A DNA stretch of 63,671 nucleotides, the filler included, from Lenisia limosa (lineage: Eukaryota; Protista; Breviatea), in the NCBI GenBank assembly GCA_001655205.1. It is 8 parts of 8 records of this genome, joined end to end, with 100 filler letters (N's around TTAATTAATTAA, not from the genome) between each part and the next. Parts side by side here need not be neighbours in the genome. Positions count along the whole stretch, not along the records: positions 1 to 19,184 come from LPNZ01003031.1; 7 more parts are not named here. One strand, given 5' to 3'. Position numbers and translations under genes: made by a program. Below are positions 1 through 11,884 of this stretch, in pieces; positions within the stretch are counted from its first letter, which is position 1; the number at the start of each line of letters is the position of its first letter. Below the pieces are notes generated by a model. The model made no database searches, was not told the DNA's origin, and saw only the letters and a program-made list of their open reading frames with translations.

Positions 1-781
1 AAGAGTGAGAGGTGAGTCCAGCTACTTGAAATCACATTGCTCAGAAAGACCAATCTGGAGGTTAGAAGGAACGGGAAACCTATGGAACATCACCCATGGG
101 GACAGGTGTTCAGAATAATACTAGCAGCCCAATAATTGGGCGGTTGAATTCGGAACAATAGAACATTCGATACCCCGGATGACGAACTTTCCAGAACGGG
201 TTCAGTTCACTTGCTATTAAAGTTAAGAAAAAAAAAATGGAATTTCCCTCAAATTTGAAATAAGAAATTTCACCCACCCACCACCCATCAGCAGCACAAG
301 ATTGGACGCCTTGGGAATGAATAAACGCTTCCGTTAATCCACTAACCAGAGAGGAATTCGTTTCTAGTCCAGACAAGTTGTAATTTGAAATTATATTTTG
401 TCAATATAAACCCTTCATTTGAATCAACCTATAGGTCATAGAATGAACTAGAATTCAGCCTAAATGTCAATTGGGAAAGAAAGGGAGGATGAGAAGGAGG
501 AGTAAGCGGTAGGGTGACGAAGAATAATGTCGAGAGNNNNNNNNNNNNNNNNNNNNNNNNNNNNNNNNNNNNNNNNNNNNNNNNNNNNNNNNNNNNNNNN
601 NNNNNNNNNNNNNNNNNNNNNNNNNNNNNNNNNNNNNNNNNNNNNNNNNNNNNNNNNNNNNNNNNNNNNNNNNNNNNNNNNNNNNNNNNNNNNNNNNNNA
701 CAGTGTAGTACACGTGTATGAATTATGGTATTCCTATTGTACACATCCATTGGGCGTGCAAAGCCTGAGCCGCTTGCATAC

Positions 782-3700
782 CGTACTCGAACACTCGAGG
801 AACACAATGTCGCTGCTTGAAGGCGCATAACCGGCATCAGCTATGGGGGCAACGTTCGCACCTGTTGGGGTTAGAAAAATCCAAGATCTCTTATCTTAGA
901 AAATGGTTACACCATCTCATTATAGAGCAGTTTTTGCTTCCACATACCAGCGCAGAAGCCACCAATAGGACAAGGGGTGCAGACGGGGGCGTCATCCAGT
1001 TCGGACGTGCGGTAGTAGCCCCTGGTGTAGAAATGAGAAACAGTATCTGGCAAGCCGTCTACACTATCGCGACGGAAGGCAGCTGTGTAGATATTTCACA
1101 GGCCTCTTGACATCATATGATATGATATGTACAAACAGTTCCATATTCAGACCACCAGCGTACTCGAGACATTTACAGTCATCAATGACTGTCGATGTGA
1201 CCCCGGAGGTACTGGAGAACTCAGGGCACTCCAGACAGAGCGTCGTTGGCGGCGTACGATAGTAGCCTTGGCGGCAGGCGGTACAAGGCTCCAGAAGAGC
1301 ATCGTCTCCTGGAAGATGAGTGCATTCCAGGATAGAAATGGACAAGATCAAGAAGTCCCTTACGTTAGCAGCACCACATACCGCTATTGGGCTCAGTTCC
1401 CGCGGGACACAGACAGGACCGGATATTCAGCGGGTCATCTTCGTTGAACCACAGCTCATATCTACATCAATGAGTCGAAGGTGCTACAACTACAGATTCT
1501 ATGTTCATTAGCGCCAAACAAATATCCAGGGTCCTTTTGCCTACGGTGTGAACTCGCTACATGTGCAATTGAGGACGTGGCTGGCGTAGTGCGGTGCCAC
1601 CATGTCGGAATGCGGGCACTCCTGACAACGCTCGTACTCGGTGTGGTAGTATTGCGTGGTGTTGCAGAGCTGCAGCGGTGAGCATGACAACGGGCATGAG
1701 ATTCCGAAAATGGGTAACACAATAGTTTTTATCGAGAACTAATTTTGAGAATTTCAGTCTGACGGGACTATTCGATATGTTCAAATACAAAAGAAGCAGA
1801 AAAGAGCACAATTACAAAAGAGGTGAGGTTTCATGTAACAAATGTCTACCCCCCCCCCCATACCTGGCAGTCCAGTTCCTCAAAGCCGTCCAGGAACATC
1901 GTTTGGAAGACGGTGTACTCGTGACACGCGCACTGCTCAAGTCCGAAATGCGGCACCATATCACTCGGGTCCTGTATTGTGATAATGGGTATCAGGGTCC
2001 TGTACTGTGATAATGGGTATCGTGGCCCTGCAGTGTGATAATGGGTATCGGCTTAGACCTATTCCCCTCTGTCGCCAACATATTTTCATTGCGTAGGTAT
2101 ACCCAAGTAGCTGGTTACACGTGTCCAAAGCCGTTCACATTATTACGTTTTTAAGGGATATTGAGTATAAAACAACACAATCATTTGCCTAACAACTCCT
2201 TTATAGCTCTACTCTCAGCACTTACGATACGTCCTCTATATGTCCCTCCCCACCTTGACATAACCTCGCGTATTGAGCCGGTTATTGAGGGAGGCTGAGA
2301 CTTCGGAGGCTTTCAAGGGCACCACACGCGTGTCGTTGCTACACTTGCAGTACTCAACATTCTGAAACATCATACCTCAGTCTTTGTTATTACGTCTAAT
2401 TCCTACCAGGAGCTCCAAAAAATCCCAAAAACGAGATTTTTCAATAATCCTTGACTCATAGTATTGTTATTTTCATGGCGCCCAACAACATCATCTCCTG
2501 CATATATTACCCCTTTCTCCTCACGTTTTCCTGAACTGGGACAGAATAAGCAGGGCACGTGATACAAGGAGTCTATACAGTCAAAATGGCCACAAGAAGC
2601 TTTGAGGCATCTCAATAAATTAGTTCTCTTGTTTACAACGAAAATGCAATTATAACACACTGGGTGCAATTGTTGAAGAAAGCACCAGCATACCACAGAA
2701 ATGGTCGGGCTCGCTAGGTACTTGTAGTCTCGGGTTCCACTGCAGGGGCTGCACCGATCTCCCCATGAGCTCATATGATACCTGTCGTCGTACGTTGTCA
2801 TCATCTCAATTCCAGTTCCTTCAAAATGAGAAACAATAATGGGGGGGGGGGGTAGAAGAAAGNNNNNNNNNNNNNNNNNNNNNNNNNNNNNNNNNNNNNN
2901 NNNNNNNNNNNNNNNNNNNNNNNNNNNNNNNCGATGCCATCAATCACAGCCTGAATAGAGCCGGGCCGGCGGATGGAGCAGTCTACATATTGCACTGTCG
3001 ACGAGATGGCTGCCGTAAACAGATTCGCCTAATGGTTAATATAATGGGTGTGGTAATGATGATTAATCGATTCAATGATGACCAACTCACCTTATCTCTC
3101 AAAGAGAAGCTGACGGAGTATATTCCAGAAAATTCGGGAACCATGTAAATATCTTCACCCTAATACAAGTAAAAACAATACAAGGTAAAAACAATACGAG
3201 GTAAAAACAATACAAGGTAAAAACAATATAAGGTAAAAACAATACAAGGTAAAAACAATACAAGTAAAAACAATGCAAGGTAAACGAGAGAATATGACCA
3301 TTATTAACCCGACCTGTGAGAAGGAAGCGATTCCCGTGTCAGGCTGGTGGGCAATCGGGGCCACATAGGACTCAACAGGCGGCGAGAAGATCACTGACGG
3401 CTGCAGTGCGTGAGGATAAAGCAATTAAAAAGCCCTGTAGTCAACTAATTGGCTACAGACCAAAATCGAATTTTCTACCATGTCTCTCGAATACGAGAGT
3501 GATGCAATGTAATCATAATCTCCAGGACTGCACCCCTGTGACCATGCCAGTCTTGAGCCCCCAGACTCACCACATCAGTGGTACTTGGAGCAATATCGGT
3601 AGCACCATGCGCCTGGGCCGCAAAGAAAACAATATCAGTCAGGTCCGTGGGGGCTGATGGTCAGATGTGTCAAAAGCTCAACGGTAGTATCTGGCAGAAG

Positions 3701-6700
3701 GTGTCCTCACCAGAGTTTATTCAGTTAATAAATTCAATCAAGCTCATACTTGGAGTTGCGAAAAAGAAGGATTCACCAGTTTGCTCGTTTGAGGTGACAT
3801 ACACCGGGGTATTGTCCGGGTACTCCGTACCAGCATGGTCTGTGAGTTTGGCGGAAAGCTAAAACGTAAAAACCGGGCTTGGCTTCTCGAGGGTCATTTC
3901 CAACACCCTACACACAGAAACCACAGCTTCCTCATAAATGACGCGGAAAGAAGACACATCCATTGGGCTTGTTGTGTCCTAAATCGGAATAATGACTCTC
4001 TAAAGACGTTCATGGGTTTTGAGGTGGGCGTGACATCTTGCAAAAGCCCATGAACACTTGCGCACCTGTTCGAAGTTGTTGAGGGAAACTTCCACCGGGA
4101 ACGTAGTGTTGACATTGGCAAGGTTTTCGGCTCTCTTGGTGATGTCTACAATGTAACCAGAAGAGACTCATGAAGAACATCGTAAACACCAACAAGAATA
4201 AGAAAACATTGCCCCCCCCCCCCNNNNNNNNNNNNNNNNNNNNNNNNNNNNNNNNNNNNNNNNNNNNNNNNNNNNNNNNNNNNNNNNNNNNNNNNNNNNN
4301 NNNNNNNNNNNNNNNNNNNNNNNNNNNAGTTGGCCGCCAGCCTCCTCAAACTCCTAAGGATGGTAACGAGGATTCCAGGCAATTATTATGAAGAAATTAT
4401 TCGACAAAATTGGCAATTAAAGTTTCTAAATTAGTAGTTCTGAAATTTAAATTACCCAAATAATTACAGCGAACACCCAATTGATTCAAATAAACCGCGA
4501 ATTGTTTATCATCATGATTCAATAATTCGTGCAATACAAACCTCTCTGCTGGTGAAATCTCCCAGAATGTCTCCTACAGCCACCACATATGAACCATGCG
4601 CTTCCACCACAAAGGCCTGAAGGAGGCGAGTGATGCGGAATATTGAAGGAGCCATATCAGTGTGGGGGGATATTATTTGTGAAAGAGAAACAGCAGCAAA
4701 CGTTGTAACTTCCATAGTCGACAGTGTGATCCGAGGTTCCCTTCAGGAAGCCTTCCCATGCCAAACAAGCGGGCTGAGTTACCTGGGAAGGTGAGGCAAA
4801 GGGGCTCGGAAGAGAATGGGCTTTGTGGAAATGACTGAAGCATGTCCTAACATACCTTGAGAATGCCCGGCAAAGCGCTGTAAAAAGATTGGCCATGGTC
4901 ACACGTCATGAAAATGGTTGTCTGGAGGTGAAAGAGTGGGACCTCACTTCGGGTCGGAAAATATTAAATCAATCAAGAAATCAATTCTTCTAATGTGAAG
5001 CTAATCAGAGGCTTCCCAGGAATAGTACAATAAGCAACTCACATTGACTGCACCGGTTCTCGTGGATGAACAAAGCCCCAATTTGTTGGAGTTGCCCGAG
5101 AAAAGCACCGTCTGTCCCGTGGTGGTGTTACTACAGGGTCAAACTGCTGTATTCAAGGGCCAAATGCTAGCATAGAATAACCTATCGCTTCTTATGAAAT
5201 ACGAGTCGATCATTGATCAACACAATCCTTTTCCACGGTCCTTCAGCCTTAGACCCACGTCTGGACGGCAGAAGTAGTCGGCCAAATGTTCTCGAATGCT
5301 TGGTTCTCTGAGAAGGCCGCAGCAGAAAACAGGGTGGAGTGTGCGACCATCTTTCTTGTGAGCAAGAGAAACAATTTGAAAATAACTGGTAGTTCTTATA
5401 AATTGAGAAAGTGAACCCACATTGAGAGAAATAGTCCCCAGGGAATGGGCGATAGTGTTTTGGGCTTCCTCATAGTGGCTGTGGAGAGTACCAGCCACAG
5501 TGTCCAGCGGAGCAACTAAAACGTGAGAAAGGCAGCGCATCGAGGCCACAAAATACAGGAATAGCGCTAAGGCCAAAGACACCGCTGCACCAACCGATGA
5601 CTTGACAGGTAGCTTCACTGAGTATTGGGGGCGTGACAGTGAACGTATACGGCAGATGGTCGTTGATGGTGGTATAAACCTGGGTTCTGAGATGAACGCT
5701 ATGTAGAAATGGGGGGAAAGGAGTATCTCATCGAAGATGTCCACACTACCACATTTATAAGAGTGCTGGTGGAATATTTTTTTAATTCACCTAAAAATTT
5801 GCTCAAGTTCGAATATCGCCATCACCCAATAACATCAAAATATAGTATACCATAATAGTTTATATGGAAAAGGAGCGAAAAGATGGATTTTTAGGCCCGT
5901 ACTCCTCCCACCTTTTTAGGCCCGGAAAAGGCTTGTGAAGCGAGATCTACCACTGAGAGAACCGTTACATACGGAATTGTGTTGTCGTTGTGAACTAAAC
6001 CGAAGCTACAGTGGTTAACATCGTGCTGGATCCATCTCATAGAGCCTTGGGAACAAACCTCATGGACACTCTATCAAAATTGTCATCACTTTTCAGCGAA
6101 ACCACCATGGTCATAATCTAAGAACATAAATATGGTCTGTGCAGTTGAGCAGTTACCTCAAAAGAGAGAGCCGAAATATCAGTCATTTGAGTTGTGTAAG
6201 ACTTTGATGTTGTGCCAAACTATAGGAGTTAATAAGAAATCGCTCAACAACATTCCTACCCCATCTTTACGAAACGTGAAAGTCCAGGGCAAGGTAGTTG
6301 GCGGACCTGTATTGTCAAACAGTCAACTGCATCACTTATATCATGCATAATATGACCCCTTTGAACAGGGAGACCAAAAAAAAGTACATATCATAGCTAT
6401 ATAGCAATGAGANNNNNNNNNNNNNNNNNNNNNNNNNNNNNNNNNNNNNNNNNNNNNNNNNNNNNNNNNNNNNNNNNNNNNNNNNNNNNTAGTATAATAT
6501 TAATTCACCCAATCATAGACATAGATATACCTTAAACAAAACTATCATTGCACCACGCACCCCCCCCCTCCCACTGTCCCAAAAGTGAAGTGTTTCAGCA
6601 TAGGGGAAAAGGCGCTTATTCGTTGTGACGCAATAGTTCAGATTTACAGCTGACGGCATTTCAGGCCGAACCAGGTACAGGTGTGAGGAACTAGATTGTT

Positions 6701-9700
6701 ACCCCAGCACTGTTTCATTATCGCGCATCTGAGTTTTCAGCAGTGTTTTATGGGTAGTATACATATGATATAGCATGCCATAGCTTATGATACAAACTGT
6801 ACACAATTTAATACTATCAAGTCAATATTGTTCTTGAAATTTCAAAATTGATTGCATAGTCCTAGTTTTACTGAAAAAAGAAACAATTATCCCGCACCAA
6901 CTCAGTTTCACTGCACGGTCCTGGGGAGAACCCTGTGACCTTGGGGTGTTCGTAGAAGTACAACTCAGTATAAGGTAACTCAGTAACCTGGAAGGTGAGA
7001 ATGGCAGCTTCATTTCGATTCATATACATAAATCCTCGAAAACAAAAGCCCCCCCCCCCCNNNNNNNNNNNNNNNNNNNNNNNNNNNNNNNNNNNNNNNN
7101 NNNNNNNNNNNNNNNNNNNNNNNNNNNNNNNNNNNNNNNNNNNNNNNNNNNNNNNNNNNNNNNNNNNNNNNNNTGAAGAGGCCCGAAAGACCAGCAGGAT
7201 AGTTAGCAAGGTAACATCTCCCGTTGGTCAGCGAGTATCTGCCCTACACGTATAAACAGTAGCAGAGGCATATTTCACTGTGATCCTAAAATGACTTAAA
7301 AAATTCGATTTGGCAACACTCCTTTTCAGGCCCAGTCAAAGATACCTCAAAGTGCCACGTTTCGTTATAGATGCGACAGCGGCCGTCGAAATCCGGTGCC
7401 GCCATATGGGCAAGGTTGATCCACTCCATTTGGTTGGTATAAATCATGATCTGTGTGGAAGGGGGTTACTGGTCTGCCCAAGTGAAAGTGGATGTGATGG
7501 GCTACCAATGGGAAGAAAGCAACCCACCGACCTGATTAAGAGGGTCAAGAATATCAGTGTAGATGACTCTGCTGCTTGAAGAAACTTCCCATGTGTAATG
7601 TGCTGCCAAGTCAGGGCCAAGTATTCAATAATACAAAGAAATGCGAAATGTGTCATCCTATCCACTTTAGAACGGGGTTTGACAAATGAATAAAATGGAA
7701 TAATAATATACAAGTACTACTATTATATGAGAGTTTAGTAAACGGTCTGAAGCGGAATCATAAAGTAGGAAAAAACTCCACTCATTCCACAAACGGTGAC
7801 AATAGAAAACAGTGAGGCCATCGGAGGTCAGAACTTCAACAGGGAAAAGGTCAGGGTCTGATTTGCACTCCTGATACGTTAGATCCTTATCTCATCTTCT
7901 TTCGTGTGTTTCAAAGATTATGATTATATATCATATGATATGTATTTCCAAAAAACAAGGATGCCCCACCGCAAAAGAAATACAGGCCGTGACGTTGTAG
8001 TTGATGGCATATCCTGGTCCACAAGAGCAATGTGGACCCAGACCGTCATTTTTGTAATTGGGCTTGCATTCTATGGTATGTGAGATGGACCTTTAACCTA
8101 CGTGTTGAGGCGGCCATTGCAACAACTTGTCCGTCCGTCTAGTGCGTGAGAAGGCGTTGATGAGCGTCATGTAAGGCTAGCCCGGGCTTACAAAATTAAA
8201 GGCTTCAACAGCCCCAGGCATAATAGACTGGAACCCTTCGCTTTCATACACGAGAGCAGACTGAGAATGGGATACCTCGGGGGAAACGGCAAGAGGTACC
8301 CTAAAATGAGAGGTTATGGGGGGTTCTTTATATTCCTAGCTCCAATACAGACTGTATTACAAAAGACATTCCCTTACGAGTAGGGCTTCACTTCGGTTCG
8401 AAAAAGACTGATAAAATATCGATATTTATCGAGGATTTATGAAGAAATTCAGTCTTTTTTTTTAACTGTAAGTGAAGCCCTACTCACGAGGAGTACACGT
8501 CTTTACTGTCGGTCGGGACCTCTAATGCCGTGCCCTTGTAGTAGGAGAATTCAACCGAAGTGGCCTTGTCTGAGACCACTGCAAAGTCCATGGTGCCTGG
8601 CGGCCCGGGCTACAGAGTGGGTTGGTAATTTCAAGAAACAATCCTTCACTTGTTTTTTTTTTGGAGAGGAAAGTGCCTCTCATGATCATAAATGCTCTTA
8701 TCTAGTTTCCAAAAGATGTAAAAATAAATAAATGGTAAAAGTAAAGCAACTCTGGAATGAATGTCCCAAATGAACTGGACTAGTGGCGTAACCCCCCCCC
8801 CCAGCCCACAGCCAGAGACACAAACGCCTCAGGGTCGAAGTCCATGAGCCATTCGGGAGTGAAAGTTTCGGTGGCTGCAAGCATCACCTTACCTCCGGAG
8901 GCTGAAGAGTTAATAATCAGGCAATATTTAAGGCAGTGGAAGATCTCAAACCTGTGGTGACAGCGATGGCGAAATACTCGAAGCCATCCGAGGAGTCAGT
9001 CAGCAGATGGATGCCGCCGCCAAGCATAATACCAGTGGCCGTGATTGAAGACCTTCAAAGGTGAAAGCCAAGCTATGGTTTCTGCACTCGATTTTATTGA
9101 TATATATTATATTTTATGATATGCCGAAATGTAAAATGAGAAGGTAATGATTACTAATTTCTAACTTTGAAAAATGATAAACCTATTATATTTTTCTTGC
9201 TACCAATGAAATTAAACATTCCAACAAACGCAGAGAAAGAAAACGAGAACGTCCTGTCCTCGGTTGAGGTCAGCTTCACAATCTGGTTCTTATTCATTGT
9301 CATCAGAAAAACCTGGACATAATCAGGAAAGGACAGAACACGTGGGGTCCATAATACCAAAGAAACCATCCTACTTCAGCGGTTCTCTCAACGATGGCAA
9401 GCGCAAACGGCGATTCATCAACTGCTTCATTGAGACCGAACGTTTTCGCAACGTCATTGTCATAGCGAACTTCACAAGACACTGTCGTGCAAACTGCTTT
9501 CGCAACAGTCCCGCGGACCCTATCAATGGTTACAAGTCCCAGATTGGACTCGCCAGAAACGGGGTTCTTCACGGTAACATTCGAGGCTTGGTCAACAAGA
9601 CTAAGCCTGACATTGGTTGAATCTTCGTAAGCAATGTAGAAACTATCTGTAACGAGTTCCTTTGATGCTTCCAGAAATTCGTTATTTACTCTGTCCACTA

Positions 9701-9826
9701 CAGTATTAGAAGAAGGACAGAACACCTTTCGAACTTACAGATCACAGGAATATTCGCTGCAAAGCTAAGGCCCAGCCATAACTGGATGGCTAGACACAAG
9801 AAGGCTATTTTACTGTTGCAATTCAT
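782..9826 (-). CDS. Gene A: large multi-exon cell-surface protein with signal peptide, long extracellular region and GCC2/GCC3 (ephrin-receptor-like) Cys repeats; 3' end unresolved (probably continues toward or past position 1)
   Basis: ATG at 9826 opens MNCNSKIAFLCLAIQLWLGLSFA (signal-peptide-like). Many GT-AG exons follow, e.g. DRVNNEFLEASKELVTDSFYIAYE, PKVTGFSPGPCSE (IPT/TIG-like), LCNTTQYYHTEYERCQECP, CTACRQGYYRTPPTTLCLECPEFSSTSGVTSTVIDDCKC, CTPCPIGGFCAG, ANVAPIADAGY. Not all exon phases were verified. Confidence 0.7.
1966..2049 (-). repeat. 3 x 28-nt tandem repeat spanning a 3' splice site of gene A
   Basis: Minus-strand units GATACCCATTATCACA(A/G/C)T(A/G)CAG|G...; the last unit opens exon DPSDMVPHFGLEQC. 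Confidence 0.85.
3166..3285. repeat. ~7-8 x 16-nt intronic minisatellite (ACAATACAAGGTAAAA)
   Basis: Read directly; on the minus strand the array ends at the acceptor TTGTATTAG|G. Confidence 0.85.
8381..8482. mobile_element. hAT-type MITE (family 1), full copy, 102 bp, in a gene A intron
   Basis: TIRs TAGGGCTTCACTT...AAGTGAAGCCCTA; 8-bp TSD CTTACGAG/CTCACGAG. Confidence 0.85.
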
Positions 9827-10080
9827 TACTAGTATCGAAGAGCAATCCCTATGATTAATTGTTTCGGCCCATTGTTTTCCAGTTGTATTTAATATATTCT
9901 TGTCATTTTAACCACACACATATTTCACCACTATTACACGCTGGAACAGAAGCATTTGCATGTGCCGAAACAAAAGTCACAATTTTCCTGGGGATGCAAG
10001 CAATTGTCCCACCAGAAAAACAAAAAATTGTAGAATTGATTGAAGAATTGAAGCAAAAACGACGACAATTACAGCGAAAT

Positions 10081-11696
10081 ATGGCGTATCCTCAGCAGCA
10101 GCAACAGGGATACCCCCCTCAACAAGGTTACCCACCCCAACAGCAAGGTTACCCCCAGGGACAAGTTGGAGCTTATCAACACTCTAAGAATTGGGCACAC
10201 CCCCTTTGTGGATGTTTTGACAACTGCAGTGTAAGTCCAAATTTCCAAAGTTCGCAATTTACTGTCCCCAGACATGCTTAGCTGGCTACTTCTTCCCGTG
10301 TTGTGCTCTTGGTTGGGCCAAGGAGACCTCAGACGGTGATAGTTGCATTTTATGGACTTGCGTAAGGTAAGAGCAGTGCAAGGGACCTCTTATCGCCTTT
10401 CCCGCGCTCACAACGACAGTTTATCTTCTTATTGTTGTGCACTCTGTTGTCTTGTTTCTTGGTACGTTCGTTCCGAAGTCCGTGAATCTCTTGGTAGGCG
10501 TTTTTTTGGTGTATCAATGGTATGACTGGCTCAATAAGGGGGTGAGGATTGCCTGTTATGCAAGAGAAAGCTGCAAGAATGATAAAATTACCCCCCTCCC
10601 TCCCTCCCACCCTGCACATCAAAGGAGTATTGTGAGTTACGCCGNNNNNNNNNNNNNNNNNNNNNNNNNNNNNNNNNNNNNNNNNNNNNNNNNNNNNNNN
10701 NNNNNNNNNNNNNNNNNNNNNNNGTTCGTTGACATTGCAGGACTGGTCCGCGGAGATGTTGTTGAAGAGTGTCTTGTCAACACCTGCTGCTATCCTTGCG
10801 CCGTCTGCCAGGTCGCTGCAGTGGGGGGTATGAAATTTTTTTAGGGCGACATTCTGTGAACAAAGCACCAGATCCTTACTTTTTGAAGAGTAAAGCAGCT
10901 AGGGGTAGAGGGGAATGATGATTCCGCTGAGCATATAATGAGCTTGTTTTCATACATTTCTGGTAACAGAACGCACATTTGCAACCCAGCTGAACCATTG
11001 AATGACCATTTTAGGAAGCCTCGGATGCCAAGGCTGCAGGCCATCGTCCTTTCGCCGTAAGCGGGCGCTATGGCTTGGTTGAGTTGATATGGTCCCGGTG
11101 TGTATCACTTCTTACCTCTCAGGCTCGTGGAGCTCTCCCCCCTCAAGGATATCCCCAACAGGGCCCTCCTCCCCAACAGCAGGGCGGCTACCCCCCGGTG
11201 AGATGACAGAATAAATAATTAATATCAAGGATAAATTAGAAGTATCAAGGACTTATCCCCCACTTTGCCTCCCCTTACGCTGTAGCAACAGCAACAAGGA
11301 ATGAGACAAGGGGGACCCCCTCCCCAAGGTTACGCTCAAGGCCCTCCTCAGCAGCAATACCAGCCTCCTGTAAGCTAACAGGTTCAGAGTTCTTTCTGAC
11401 CTCTTAGCCCCAAGGTGGCTACCCCCCACAGCAACAAGGTCCCCCCCCTCCAGCTTACAACGCTCCCCCTGGTCCCCCCCAGGTAGTCGCGTTTATTTCA
11501 ATCGGGTTTCCTTTGCCACTGATTGTCACTCATGTTTCAGGCCCAAGCCGACCCCTATGCCCAGGCCCCTCCTCCCCAGCAACAACAGCAACCTCCCCCT
11601 CAACAAGGCGCTTATGTAAGACTGGTTTTTGCCTTTTCAGCCCTACGCCACTGATAATTCCAGGGACAACCTTCAGCTCCTCCTGCTGCTTATTAA
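10081..11696 (+). CDS. PLAC8-family Cys-rich protein with Pro/Gln/Gly/Tyr-rich N- and C-terminal arms
   Basis: Spliced: MAYPQQQQQGYPPQQGY...WAHPLCGCFDNCS|TCLAGYFFPCCALGWAKE...YCCALCCLVSWYVRSEVRESLG|LVRGDVVEECLVNTCCYPCAVCQ, then short PQQG/GYPP exons ending GQPSAPPAAY-TAA (11694-11696). The WxxxLCGCFD and CCxPCAxCQ motifs are typical of PLAC8. Confidence 0.85.
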
Positions 11697-11884
11697 GCCT
11701 TATATTCCTTTTCAATGCATTTTTGACACCCCAATTATCATCTCTTCCCAAGCGCTCTTTGGTATATGAACAGACTACTAATGAATATACAAACAAAATT
11801 GATACAAAACATACACATAAAACATCTTTCACTGCTTCTTACATCTAAGGGGTGAGAAACAAAGAGCAGAAAACAAAAAACCGA

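Noticed and set aside
3780-4140. Long minus-strand frame interrupted only by TAG, suggesting UAG reassignment
   Set aside because: The TAGs can be explained as intron acceptors or intronic sequence within GT-AG introns. Conserved exons of ATAD1, CIAO1 and AP5M1 show no in-frame stops, and genes end in TAA or TGA as expected.
10724-10752. FVDIAGLV, resembling the YchF/OLA1 GTPase motif
   Set aside because: The first residues fall in the intron acceptor region; the exon continues as PLAC8 and no other GTPase motifs are nearby.
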